Position numbers and translations under genes: made by a program. This document shows positions 1 to 9,135 of a stretch of 64,000 nt of DNA, in pieces. Where the stretch lies: assembly GCA_014729135.1 (NCBI GenBank), contig WJKK01000001.1, positions 128,593-192,592 of the forward strand, in the 5' to 3' direction. Source of the DNA: a candidate division WWE3 bacterium (GTDB lineage: Bacteria > Patescibacteriota > WWE3 > UBA101185 > UBA10185). Each line of letters starts with the position of its first letter. The stretch's first letter is position 1. The notes beneath the pieces were generated by a model that did no database searches, was not told the DNA's origin, and saw only the letters and a list, made by a program, of their open reading frames with translations.

Positions 1-63
1 GATCAAAGAGTGTTAGCATGCACAAAATATACTAACACGTCGCTACGCTTAGAAAAGATAAGC

Positions 64-684
64 CTAGTAATAGTAGCAGCCTTCTCTTAAATCCTCGGGA
101 AAGCCGGCGTCCTCTAAAACAGCACAGTCAGGGCTTCCGTTGCCATCAGCTGCAATAACCCATTCATCATCTTCCTTGTAGACCCAAAACATACCCCCTC
201 CACCGGGACCTTCGCTTAATTTAACGCCTCCTGTAGCGTACAAAACTTCTGTTTCCAAATCATCAAAAACTTCTGAAATCTCTATAGTAATTTCCTCTAC
301 ATCCTTTTCGTATTTGTTGGCAAAGGCTTCTTTGATAGATTGTATGTCGTTGGAAGTTAGCTCTAAAGTCTCTTCGTCTTCACCTTCAGAAGAATCAGCA
401 TCGGCTTCCTCATCGCCCTCTGCACTCTCAGACTCAACTGCATCTTCTCCGGAGTCGCTTTCAGCTTCCTCCCCGGAATCCTCGGCAGCCTCGTCAACAG
501 GTTCCTCCTCAACAACTTCCGTAGACTCCTCCACTACAACCGCTTCCGGCGCGTCAACACCCATCCCAAGTAAATCCCCGCGAGTGTCGTACCAAAGCTT
601 AGCTGCAAAAATACCCGCCAAAAAAGCCAAAGCTAAAAATATAAACTGATTTGAATTTGTGGTTTCGTGTGAATTTTCTGTCAT
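64..684 (-). CDS. Hypothetical membrane-anchored protein with long acidic linker and small C-terminal domain
   Basis: N-terminal TM helix (FIFLALAFLAGIFAA), E/D-rich linker, C-terminal domain with two Cys. Confidence 0.75.
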   Translation of the reverse strand: MTENSHETTNSNQFIFLALAFLAGIFAAKLWYDTRGDLLGMGVDAPEAVVVEESTEVVEEEPVDEAAEDSGEEAESDSGEDAVESESAEGDEEADADSSEGEDEETLELTSNDIQSIKEAFANKYEKDVEEITIEISEVFDDLETEVLYATGGVKLSEGPGGGGMFWVYKEDDEWVIAADGNGSPDCAVLEDAGFPEDLREGCYYY

Positions 685-739
685 GGCCTAATTATATGCC
701 TATTTTTGCTATAAATAAACCTTCTGATATTCTAAGAGC

Positions 740-1171
740 ATGCCAACTAATCTAAATAAAACATTAGCAGCAAGAATTGTTCTAGGATTTCTCGGAGGTC
801 TACTTATTGGTCTGGTAGTTTTTGGAGTATCCCGCCGGATTAATCCTTCAAGTACCGTGCAAATTAAAATTAACGAAAAATCTTACACATTGGAAATTGC
901 AAAAACTCCCGCGCAAAGGGCTAAAGGGCTTATGCTTCGAGAAAATTTAGATGAAAATAAGGGCATGCTTTTTGTGTTTCCTAGAGAAGGACGGCATGGA
1001 TTTTGGATGTATAAAACGAGAATTCCTTTGAAGATGATTTGGCTTGATAAAAACTGGAAGGTAGTGCATATGGAGGCGCAGGTACCTCCTTGTGAAAGTG
1101 AGGATCCTTTGAAGTGTCCCTCTTATTATCCTTCTAAACCGGCAATGTATGTGATTGAGATTAACCCTTAA
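740..1171 (+). CDS. DUF192 family protein
   Basis: LEIAKTPAQRAKGLMLRE, GMLFVF, FWMYKT, YVIEIN motifs; N-terminal TM. Confidence 0.9.
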   Translation: MPTNLNKTLAARIVLGFLGGLLIGLVVFGVSRRINPSSTVQIKINEKSYTLEIAKTPAQRAKGLMLRENLDENKGMLFVFPREGRHGFWMYKTRIPLKMIWLDKNWKVVHMEAQVPPCESEDPLKCPSYYPSKPAMYVIEINP

Positions 1172-1295
1172 ACACAAAAACGGATTCTCAAGTTTACGGA
1201 GCCTTCAATCCCTTGACGAGACTTATTTTCTCAGGCACTATTCTTCTATAGGCTGTTTGAAATAAATTTGGTGACTGGCGGGAAAGGAGAGGACG

Positions 1296-1562
1296 GTGGC
1301 AAGTAAAACTGCTGTTAAAAAGGCGGTGGTGAGGATCATCGCCGCAGAGAGAGGAAAACGAGGGAGGAGCCGCCCCTCGGCGGAAAAGCTGGAGGAAGTC
1401 TTGCGAAATGCCGTAAGACCCTTTGGGTACACCGTAGCGCGTACTACACAGAGAAATCTCTGCCCCGAACAGGCAAGAGAACGAAACTGGGTCCCCTTAC
1501 GGGACGGGAGAAGTTGCCTCGCCATCTACGTAGATGGCGTGGTGTACACGCGCCTGATTTAA
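1296..1562 (+). CDS. Small basic hypothetical protein
   Basis: GTG start with SD-like AAAGGAGAGG; followed by a strong inverted repeat. Confidence 0.55.
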   Translation: MASKTAVKKAVVRIIAAERGKRGRSRPSAEKLEEVLRNAVRPFGYTVARTTQRNLCPEQARERNWVPLRDGRSCLAIYVDGVVYTRLI

Positions 1563-1568
1563 AAACAA

Positions 1569-1617
1569 ACTCCTTCGGGGAACATAGGCGGACGACATGC
1601 CCAAATCCCCGAAGGAG
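1569..1617 (+). terminator. Long-loop inverted repeat, putative terminator or transcript end
   Basis: CTCCTTCGGGGA ... TCCCCGAAGGAG directly after the stop codon. Confidence 0.5.
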
Positions 1618-1666
1618 AAACACTTCCTGCTGGAACACAAACAACGTATGCTAAAATAACCCCATC

Positions 1667-3160
1667 ATGAAAGAAAAAAAAGACCGACAGGCTAACCACT
1701 CCAAAAACCACAGCACAAAAAAAACCTACATAACAACAGCAATACCCTACGTCAACGCAGCCCCTCACATAGGCTTTGCTCTAGAAATAATTCAAGCCGA
1801 CGTACTTAACCGCTACTACAAAAGCAAAGACCAAGACACTTACTTTGTAACCGGAACCGATGAAAACTCGCTAAAAAACGTCTTGAAAGCTGAAGAAGAA
1901 GGCATCTCCACAAAAGAACTTGTAAATAAATACTCTAAAAACTTCCTGGAGCTAAAGGAAATTCTTAACATTGACTATGACGATTTTATTAGAACCACAG
2001 AGCCCAGACACATCAAAAACGTTGAAAAGTTTTGGAAGGCCTGTGAAAAAGATATCTACAAAAAAAGCTACAAAGGCCTTTACTGCGTGGGTTGCGAGGA
2101 ATTTAAACTTGAAAAAGACCTGGAGGAAGGAAAGTGCCCGGAACATTTAAACAAGGCTTTGGAAGTGGTGGAAGAGGAAAACTACTTTTTTAAACTCTCT
2201 AAATATCAAAAGCAATTAAAAGAACTTATCGAAACAGAAACCCTTAAAATCGTACCTAAAGGAAGAAAAAACGATGTTTTGGGATTTATTGATCAAGGCT
2301 TAGAGGACTTCTCTATTTCGCGATCGGTGGAAAGAGCTAAAGGATGGGGAATTCCTGTTCCGGGAGACCCCTCTCAAATCATTTACGTGTGGTTTGATGC
2401 CCTGGTTAATTACATTAGCGCTTTGGGATATGCCGAGGAAAGCGCTTTGTATAAGGATTTCTGGGCAGATAGCGACAAGATTCTCCATTGTATAGGCAAA
2501 GGAATTACACGCTTTCATGCAATTTACTGGCCGGCTATGCTTTTATCCGCGGGAGTAAGGCTGCCGACGCATGAGCTGGTTCATGGCTACATTACGGCGG
2601 ATGGGCAAAAGATGAGCAAAAGTTTGGGGAATGTTGTGGAGCCTAAGGCTGTGGTGGAAAAGTATGGAACAGATGCAGTGAGATACTTTTTGTTAAAGGC
2701 AATTCCGCCTACTAAGGATGGTGACTTTAATAAGGGGTATTTTGAGGAGGTTTATAATGCGGATTTGGCTAATGGCCTTGGTAATGCGGTTGCGCGTGTG
2801 GCTAAGATGGCGGAGAATTCGGGTTTTGAGTTTGAGGTTGATACTAAGGGGTTTGAGAAGGTTTGGGAGGCAGATTGGACGCAGGATTTGCAAAGTCACA
2901 TGGAGTCTTTTCGGCTGGATTTAGCTATACAGGAGGTGTGGAAAATGCTTTCACAATTGGATAAACATATTAATGAACATGAGCCTTGGGCTGTTAAGGA
3001 TGAGGAAAAGTTGCGTGAAATTTTGGATTTTGAGGTAAATCTTATCAGAAGGGCGGCTGTAGTGCTAAAGCCTTTCATTCCTGATACTAGTAGGAAGATA
3101 CAAGCTCAATTCTTTAAAAAAGATATTAAGGCGCAAAAACCCCTCTTCCCACGCATTTAA
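1667..3160 (+). CDS. metG: Methionine--tRNA ligase (short form)
   Basis: [33 protein letters not shown] motifs. Confidence 0.97.
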   Translation: MKEKKDRQANHSKNHSTKKTYITTAIPYVNAAPHIGFALEIIQADVLNRYYKSKDQDTYFVTGTDENSLKNVLKAEEEGISTKELVNKYSKNFLELKEILNIDYDDFIRTTEPRHIKNVEKFWKACEKDIYKKSYKGLYCVGCEEFKLEKDLEEGKCPEHLNKALEVVEEENYFFKLSKYQKQLKELIETETLKIVPKGRKNDVLGFIDQGLEDFSISRSVERAKGWGIPVPGDPSQIIYVWFDALVNYISALGYAEESALYKDFWADSDKILHCIGKGITRFHAIYWPAMLLSAGVRLPTHELVHGYITADGQKMSKSLGNVVEPKAVVEKYGTDAVRYFLLKAIPPTKDGDFNKGYFEEVYNADLANGLGNAVARVAKMAENSGFEFEVDTKGFEKVWEADWTQDLQSHMESFRLDLAIQEVWKMLSQLDKHINEHEPWAVKDEEKLREILDFEVNLIRRAAVVLKPFIPDTSRKIQAQFFKKDIKAQKPLFPRI

Positions 3161-3162
3161 CA

Positions 3163-3301
3163 AGGATGATCCTTTGTAGAGACGGACCTTTCCCCTATAT
3201 AAGAGCGGAAACCTGTAAGAAGGTAAAGGATTATCCTTTAAAAAAGATCCAGAATAACTGGGGGTAAAGGAAAAAATACCCATTTGATGAAGGATTATCC
3301 T
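3163..3301. repeat. Three AGGATNATCCT palindromes at 64-bp period
   Basis: Copies start at 3163, 3227 and 3291. Confidence 0.85.
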
Positions 3302-3333
3302 CTAAGTTAAATACTTAATGTTAAAATGGGCAC

Positions 3334-3801
3334 ATGCTGCTAGCAAAGAACAGAAAAGCGCTTTATAACCATGAAATAATTGAAAAGTACCTCGCTGGAG
3401 TGGTCCTAAAAGGGTATGAAGTAAAGGCAATTCGCGAAGGAAAAATAAGTTTTGAAGGATCCTATATAAAAGTGCAAAATGGAGAGGCTTTTGCCATAAA
3501 TATCCATATTGGAAAATACTCCAAACAATCGCAAGAACTGTCGCAGAGGCAGGAAAAACATCCTTTAAAACTACTCCTCAACCAACGAGAAATTGAAGAA
3601 ATCGCGCGGGAAACGCATCAAAAAGGGAAAACAGCAGTACCTATAGCTTTCGTTTTACGTAATAATATGATAAAATTGGAGTTAGCTGTAGTGAAGGGAA
3701 GAAAAGAGTATGAGAAGAAACAGCTTGCTAAGAAACGCCAAGTAGAAAAGGATCTGCAAAGGCAAAGAAAGAATTTAAAATTCGGGGATGACCGGATTTG
3801 A
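3334..3801 (+). CDS. smpB: SsrA-binding protein
   Basis: NRKA, AGVVLKGYEVKAIR, KLLL, KGRKEYEKK motifs; adjacent to tmRNA. Confidence 0.97.
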   Translation: MLLAKNRKALYNHEIIEKYLAGVVLKGYEVKAIREGKISFEGSYIKVQNGEAFAINIHIGKYSKQSQELSQRQEKHPLKLLLNQREIEEIARETHQKGKTAVPIAFVLRNNMIKLELAVVKGRKEYEKKQLAKKRQVEKDLQRQRKNLKFGDDRI

Positions 3802-4175
3802 TTGATTGCACTTTTAAAATATGGGCGCAAGCCAAGCTGCTGATGCTTGTTAAACACAGCAAAAAACACTTGCCGATACAATGGTAAGAGAGCCTGCACT
3901 AGCGGGCGCAATGGCCTAAAATTAGTTTAATTACTATTTAGGTCAGGTTCCTAAAAGCCTATCCGGGGGGTTTTAGAGAATCTTATAAAACCGGAGTGAG
4001 GGGTTTGGAGCCGGTAATTCCAAAATCCAAGGGCTAAAAAACCCAAACACTTTACCTAGGGAGGACCTAGAAAGCGCGTTAAAGGCTTTCCCTTCTGAAA
4101 ATAACTTTAACTAAGCTTGTAGATACTCATATTTGGTCTTTCAAGACGGGGGTTCGATTCCCCCCATCTCCACCA
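3784..4175 (+). ncRNA. ssrA: tmRNA; predicted tag reading frame ADTMVREPALAGAMA* (3872-3919)
   Basis: Acceptor stem GGGGATG/CATCTCC with G3:U, T-loop GGTTCGATTCC, ACCA end, Ala-rich tag ORF. Confidence 0.95.
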
Positions 4176-4290
4176 GAAAGCATTCGCTACGCGAATGTTT
4201 CTGGCCCAAGCAAATACGAGCGAATGCGAGTATTTGTTTGCTGCCTCACAAATCCAAAAGACTTGTGAATACTTCCAGACTTTGCACACC
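4173..4290 (+). repeat. Hairpin-cassette array A (tmRNA trailer)
   Basis: At least three hairpins; second and third are variants of those after tRNA-Arg. Confidence 0.85.
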
Positions 4291-4334
4291 ACCCGCACTC
4301 CCCGATTTGTTAAACAATCCGCTATAATAAGCAC

Positions 4335-4937
4335 ATGTATCTAAACAAACTGGCAGAAACCATCCTTAAATACAACCACCCAAAGAAAATAAGCAAGGTA
4401 AACTTCGCCAAAACCATATACCTAGTTCATAAATACCTCTGTCAAAATAAAAAATCCAAAAACACAGCAATAAAGTACATTAGAATGCCTCTGGGGCCGG
4501 TTCCAAAGGGATTCATGGATCTACACAACCACAATAAAAACATCAAAGTTTCCATAAGAAACACAGAAAACGATCTGTTGTATAACACGGAGAATTACTC
4601 TATTGAAAACAGGGAAATAGAACATTTCGCTAAAGATACGGAACTGGAAATAAAAAAACTCGCAAAAGCGCTGCAAAGATTCCCAACTAGCAAATTAGTA
4701 GATTACACGCATAAAGAACCTTCCTGGAAAAAAAGAAAAAACGGGGAAGAATATTTTATACAAAAAGAGGACCTGAAAAGAAAACTCCCTAACGTACGGG
4801 GAAGAAAAAGACAAAAAACAAAAGAAAATTCAAGAATACAAGCTCAACTTTTAGAGGGACTACTAGAAGACATTGTCACAGAGAGTACAAAGCTGGAATA
4901 TCCAGATTTAAACCAAGATGGAAAAAAGTCTCAGTAA
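4335..4937 (+). CDS. Panacea (DUF4065/SocA-like) antitoxin
   Basis: KTIYL, MPLGPVP, LVDYTHKEPSW motifs. Confidence 0.8.
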   Translation: MYLNKLAETILKYNHPKKISKVNFAKTIYLVHKYLCQNKKSKNTAIKYIRMPLGPVPKGFMDLHNHNKNIKVSIRNTENDLLYNTENYSIENREIEHFAKDTELEIKKLAKALQRFPTSKLVDYTHKEPSWKKRKNGEEYFIQKEDLKRKLPNVRGRKRQKTKENSRIQAQLLEGLLEDIVTESTKLEYPDLNQDGKKSQ

Positions 4938-5622
4938 GAATGATGTAACAAGAAACCTGTGGAATTCCTATAAGAAGAGCGAGGAATATGCGAAAGGAAT
5001 GCATAAAGCAATTCCGGAAAATCACCCCTTAATACAAGAGCGGGAGAAAGAGGGCTTACAACATATCTACTCCCAGGTTAAAAACAAGACCGCCCAAGGA
5101 GAGCTTGCGTTTAAAAAGCTCAAAAAACGAACAGTAGGTAGTTGGGTTAATGAGTGGAAAAAAATGCATTCCACACTTTTTGGAACAGTGCTTAAAGAGC
5201 ATGGGCATTTAAGAAAGAACGATGTCAGGTTTGGAGGTATTGACAGTGTAGAAAAACACAAAATACCCACCTATAAAGAGGTACCTCGAGAGATAAACAA
5301 GCTAGCCTACAAAATACCCCAATTTATGCAAGAAACAAAGGAACAAAGTGAAATCTGCAAAATTCTAGCAAAAATACACTATCAATTTATTCGAATACAC
5401 CCTTTTTACGACGGAAACGGAAGAATAGCACGCGTCTTAACGGATCAAATTTCAGTGGCATATGGATTGCCCCCAGCCATAGCGGGATATCCCCGGCATG
5501 ATAAAAAAAGAAGAGAAGCCTATCACAAAGCAATCGATTCCTGCGCAGAGGATTCAACGTGCGAAAGTCTGGCCCTCTGGATTGAGGGTTATATAAGCAA
5601 ACAGAAAGAACAACTTGCTTAA
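4918..5622 (+). CDS. Fic/Doc family protein, putative toxin
   Basis: Intact HPFYDGNGRIAR motif; overlaps upstream antitoxin by 20 nt. Confidence 0.92.
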   Translation: MEKSLSKNDVTRNLWNSYKKSEEYAKGMHKAIPENHPLIQEREKEGLQHIYSQVKNKTAQGELAFKKLKKRTVGSWVNEWKKMHSTLFGTVLKEHGHLRKNDVRFGGIDSVEKHKIPTYKEVPREINKLAYKIPQFMQETKEQSEICKILAKIHYQFIRIHPFYDGNGRIARVLTDQISVAYGLPPAIAGYPRHDKKRREAYHKAIDSCAEDSTCESLALWIEGYISKQKEQLA

Positions 5623-5637
5623 AATTTCTGTAGCTTT

Positions 5638-5724
5638 ATGGAAATCTTTATAAAACTGCAAATCCTTTTATTTTTTAGTGCTGTTGTTATCTTTTTTGGA
5701 ATTGGCTACATGATGGAAATCTAA
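5638..5724 (+). CDS. 28-aa hydrophobic peptide MEIFIKLQILLFFSAVVIFFGIGYMMEI
   Basis: Manually translated ATG..TAA; one TM-like helix; 15 nt after the fic stop. Confidence 0.45.
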   Translation: MEIFIKLQILLFFSAVVIFFGIGYMMEI

Positions 5725-5743
5725 CCGTTCAAGACCTTACTTC

Positions 5744-5772
5744 TTGACACAAGGTTACACAATGTGTAATAT
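5744..5772 (+). promoter_or_regulatory. Sigma70 promoter of vapBC with operator palindrome
   Basis: TTGACA-N17-TAATAT; inverted repeat TTACAC-aat-GTGTAA at 5755-5769. Confidence 0.8.
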
Positions 5773-5781
5773 GTAATCATT

Positions 5782-6027
5782 ATGAACAGAGTACAAGTAT
5801 TACTAAAACCTGAAACCATAACTAAAGTAAAAAAAGCCGCCAAAAAGAACAAAACCTCTGCCTCCGGCTTTATTAGAGAGGTGGTAGAGAAGGAGCTGGA
5901 AAAGGAAAAATCTAAAAAGGACCCCATAAAAATCCTATTAAATGCAGCTAAAAACGCGTCCAAAGGAGGTCCCAGAGACCTCAGCACCAATGATGACTAT
6001 CTTTATGGCAAGGACAGCGTACTATGA
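5782..6027 (+). CDS. RHH/CopG-type antitoxin (VapB-like)
   Basis: RVQVLL beta strand, SASGFIREVVEK, C-terminal DLSTNDDYLYG; ATGA overlap with PIN gene. Confidence 0.85.
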   Translation: MNRVQVLLKPETITKVKKAAKKNKTSASGFIREVVEKELEKEKSKKDPIKILLNAAKNASKGGPRDLSTNDDYLYGKDSVL

Positions 6028-6428
6028 GAATTCTAATAGATGCTGATACCTATATAGCCCTCTACAACAAAGACGACGCCCTACACAACAAAGCAAATAA
6101 AATCCTAAATTCTCTCAAAAACAAAGATGTAGAAACCTTTACTACTTATGATGTTGTGGATGAAGTGGCGACTAAATTGTCTTATTTCTTAAAAAAATCG
6201 GATTCTCTGAGGTTTTTAAAGCAGTTAATGGAGTCCGAAACAGAAATAATCTATCCCACCGAAAACAGCCTCCTTGAAACAATAGAAAAAGTGAAATCAA
6301 TAAGGTCTAAAAGAGTTTCTTTCACGGATTGCGCAAATATGATTGCTTACAAGCATTACGACATAGATGCGATTTTTTCTTTTGACAAGATTTACGAGAA
6401 GCAAGGGATAAAAACGTTGAAACCATGA
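6024..6428 (+). CDS. vapC: PIN-domain toxin (VapC-like)
   Basis: ILIDAD, VVDEVAT, SFTDC, IFSFD acidic PIN motifs. Confidence 0.9.
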   Translation: MRILIDADTYIALYNKDDALHNKANKILNSLKNKDVETFTTYDVVDEVATKLSYFLKKSDSLRFLKQLMESETEIIYPTENSLLETIEKVKSIRSKRVSFTDCANMIAYKHYDIDAIFSFDKIYEKQGIKTLKP

Positions 6429-6455
6429 TAAAATAGGCACTGCTAGGCCAAACAT

Positions 6456-6544
6456 GGAGGGTTGGCAGAGTGGTAATGCAGCGGCTTGCTAAGCCGTCAC
6501 CGTGTAATAGCGGTGCGTGGGTTCGAATCCCGCACCCTCCGCCA
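6456..6544 (+). tRNA. tRNA-Ser(GCT)
   Basis: Cloverleaf, anticodon loop TTGCTAA, long variable arm, GCCA end. Confidence 0.96.
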
Positions 6545-6754
6545 AAAAGATTCCGCTACGCGGAACTTTTTGGGCCAGGTAAATTCGACTGAATAGGAGA
6601 ATTTAGCTGCAACGTAAAAGTTCCAGGAACTTTTACGGATCTTCCAAAATTGCAAATTTTGGAAGCACCTTCAAGTGTAGCGAAGCTACCTTGAATAGCT
6701 TTTGCGCAGCAAAAGGTGAGCTCTTCTAAAGATCCTGACTTTCGTCAGGATGAC
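6542..6754 (+). repeat. Hairpin-cassette array B (tRNA-Ser(GCT) trailer)
   Basis: Seven consecutive hairpins, each also found elsewhere in the window. Confidence 0.9.
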
Positions 6755-6822
6755 GCTACCCTCCAGCGGCATAACTCCCACAAATTGCAAACAACAAAAA
6801 ACCCCGCTAAAATAAACCCAAC

Positions 6823-7404
6823 ATGCAACTAAACCAAATCACAGACTTCCTAGGACTCACCGACACAAAATCAAAAGAACCCGAGCCCGCCGACAATCCC
6901 GTATTCAACGTAGAGCAGGCAGGAGAAAAAAAGACCCTTGTAGAATGGGAAGCTCCCTTAAGAACCCCGCTAAAAGCAATGGGAGGTAAACTAAAAAAGA
7001 ACCTCCTAATAGTTGCCATAGTAATGGGGCTTTTCCTCCTTCTAATAGGTGAATACTTCATAATCCTTGTGGTTGCAAGCGTCGTCTTCATTGGATACAT
7101 CCTGTCGGCAACCCCCGCAGAAACCGTCCACTACGAAATCACCACTCACGGCATAAAATACGTGAATCAATTTTACTACTGGAACGAGTTTGGACCTTTC
7201 TTCATTACGGAAGACAATGGAGTGGCCGTGCTAAACGTTGATATGAAAGAGCAAATTCCGGCAAGGCTCTTTATTACTATAAAGGAAGGGCAAAAGGAGA
7301 AGGTTAAGGAGGCATGTGCTAAATATTTGCCTTATTTAGAGGAAAAGCCCGAAACATTCTTGGACAAAGCTTACGAAAAGATTACAAGCAAGCTGGATTT
7401 TTAG
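6823..7404 (+). CDS. Hypothetical membrane protein
   Basis: EWEAP motif, two TM helices, PH-like C-terminal part. Confidence 0.75.
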   Translation: MQLNQITDFLGLTDTKSKEPEPADNPVFNVEQAGEKKTLVEWEAPLRTPLKAMGGKLKKNLLIVAIVMGLFLLLIGEYFIILVVASVVFIGYILSATPAETVHYEITTHGIKYVNQFYYWNEFGPFFITEDNGVAVLNVDMKEQIPARLFITIKEGQKEKVKEACAKYLPYLEEKPETFLDKAYEKITSKLDF

Positions 7405-7505
7405 CTTTCCGATTTAATTTCCCTGTTTTAAAAGTATAGGTTTTAAGAGATAACAAAGGTTTTTCTGTATTTTGCGGTATAATACGCGATGTGGGAGCAG
7501 TGTTT

Positions 7506-7581
7506 GCGCCCGTAGCTCAGTGGATAGAGCACAGCATTGCGGATGCTGGGGTCGGGGGTTCGAGTCCCTCCGGGCGCGCCA
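7506..7581 (+). tRNA. tRNA-Arg(GCG)
   Basis: GCGCCCG/CGGGCGC acceptor, anticodon arm CAGCA-TTGCGGA-TGCTG. Confidence 0.95.
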
Positions 7582-7765
7582 AAAAGATTCCGCTACGCGG
7601 AACTTTTTGGCCCAAGCAAATGTGAGCGAATGCGAACATTTGTTTGCTGCCTCACAAGTTGTACTCAACTTGTGAAGAGGAGAATTTAGCTGCACCCGAG
7701 GCATTTGCCAAAGGCAAATGGCGAACTATTTTAACGCGGGTATTTGTTTGAAAATAACAAGTCGC
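7579..7765 (+). repeat. Hairpin-cassette array C, left part (interrupted by IS)
   Basis: First 33 nt identical to array B; next modules shared with arrays A and D. Confidence 0.88.
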
Positions 7766-9135
7766 ATTAGATAATTATTCTTGTCATCCAAGCCCTCTTG
7801 TTAGATAAAAATTCAATGTCATCCAAATTAAACAAATAAATATTAGAATGCTACCTAAAGTATCTGTTTCCTGCCCTCTTTAGGAAGGATCTCTATGAAT
7901 GATTTTGATATGAATTTAACTCAAAAAATGGCTAAAAATTACAAAAAAGCTGCCAAAAAGGACAAGTCCAAAATCTTGGATGATTACTGCAAATTAACTC
8001 AGGTTAAGCGTAATACTGCCGTAAAACGCTTTAGAAGAAAAATACGTAAACCTTATCCTAAGGCTTTACCTATAAAACCAAAGAAAAGGGGTAGAAAGAA
8101 AAAGTACTCTCAAATCCACAAATTACTTATTCAAAATATTTGGGATCTGGCAGATCAAATCTGTGCAGAACGTCTCTACCCTTGCCTGCCTCTATATGTA
8201 GAACAACTACATAAATCAGAAAAACTTAATGGATTCCCTCAAGAAGTTATTGATTGTGTCTTAAATATCCCCCTAGGTACACTTAAATACTTCATCGCAG
8301 ATTTCCCTAAACCTACTTACAAAAAGAAACGTAAGGGCAATAAAGATCTGTATAAACAAATCCCTATAAAAGCTAACTTCGGAAAACACTCTAATAAACC
8401 CGGTTTTGTGGAAGTTGATTATGTAGAGCATAATCAAGGAAGTAACGGTACCTGGGCTATCTCAGGCTGTTACAACGATATCTTCTCAGGATGGATTACA
8501 AGAGCTGCCGGTATGGGTAAATCTTATGAATCCGTTAAAGCCATCCATAAAAAGTGTATGAATGGCTTTTTTCATAAAATAATAGAACTTCATCCCGATA
8601 ATATGCTTTCCACCCTTAAACTACTACTTGAAGACATGATTACAAAAGAAAACCCAACAGGCCTCTTTTATGTCTCAAGATCAAGACCGTATGAAAGTAA
8701 TGATAATGCCCATGTTGAACAAAAAAACGGTGACAAAATAAGACGTCTTGTTGGTTACCATCGCTACGGCACCAAAGAACAACTAAACCTCCTAAATAAA
8801 CTCTATTCAGTTAGTGACCTCTATGATAACTTCTTTATTCCCTCTGCAAAACTAAAAGAAAAAATTATGGATACTAATGGTCGCGTTATTAAAAGAAAAC
8901 ATGATAAACCTAAAACACCTTTCCAACGCCTCCTGGAAAGTGAAGATATTTCCCCAATAGTGAAAAATAACCTTAAAACTGCCTGTGCTAAACTAAACAT
9001 GGTTGATCTAAAAGCTCAAAGAGATAAACTTGTGCAAAAACTAACGAAGACTGTATTAAATTAGATGACAAAATTTTTATCTAACAAGGGGTAAAAAAAG
9101 GGCATTTGGATGACATCGAATTTTTATCTAATACG
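7766..9135 (+). mobile_element. Insertion sequence with two inverted subterminal repeats per end and a 6-bp target duplication
   Basis: TTAGATAA...TGTCATCC twice at the left end and inverted twice at the right; AGTCGC at 7760-7765 and 9136-9141. Confidence 0.88.
7895..9064 (+). CDS. DDE transposase (integrase core, ISNCY-like)
   Basis: VEVDYVEH, HPDN, RSRPYESNDNAHVEQKN, PKTPFQRLL motifs. Confidence 0.9.
   Translation: MNDFDMNLTQKMAKNYKKAAKKDKSKILDDYCKLTQVKRNTAVKRFRRKIRKPYPKALPIKPKKRGRKKKYSQIHKLLIQNIWDLADQICAERLYPCLPLYVEQLHKSEKLNGFPQEVIDCVLNIPLGTLKYFIADFPKPTYKKKRKGNKDLYKQIPIKANFGKHSNKPGFVEVDYVEHNQGSNGTWAISGCYNDIFSGWITRAAGMGKSYESVKAIHKKCMNGFFHKIIELHPDNMLSTLKLLLEDMITKENPTGLFYVSRSRPYESNDNAHVEQKNGDKIRRLVGYHRYGTKEQLNLLNKLYSVSDLYDNFFIPSAKLKEKIMDTNGRVIKRKHDKPKTPFQRLLESEDISPIVKNNLKTACAKLNMVDLKAQRDKLVQKLTKTVLN

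Noticed and set aside
314-649. Ser-rich ORF and the many other antisense ORFs in the track
   Set aside because: Shadows of real genes on the opposite strand
3163-3301. CRISPR array
   Set aside because: The repeat is only 11-13 bp with three copies, and no leader or cas genes are visible; kept as a phased palindrome
4107-4334. ORFs 4107-4334 and 4133-4327, and similar ORFs at 7414-7704, 7472-7675 and 12354-12731
   Set aside because: They overlap tmRNA/tRNAs and hairpin arrays; their mutual similarity comes from the repeats
7780-7825. TGTCATCC in the IS ends as the source of the GTCAT REP family
   Set aside because: Only an 8-nt match without the hairpin; insufficient evidence
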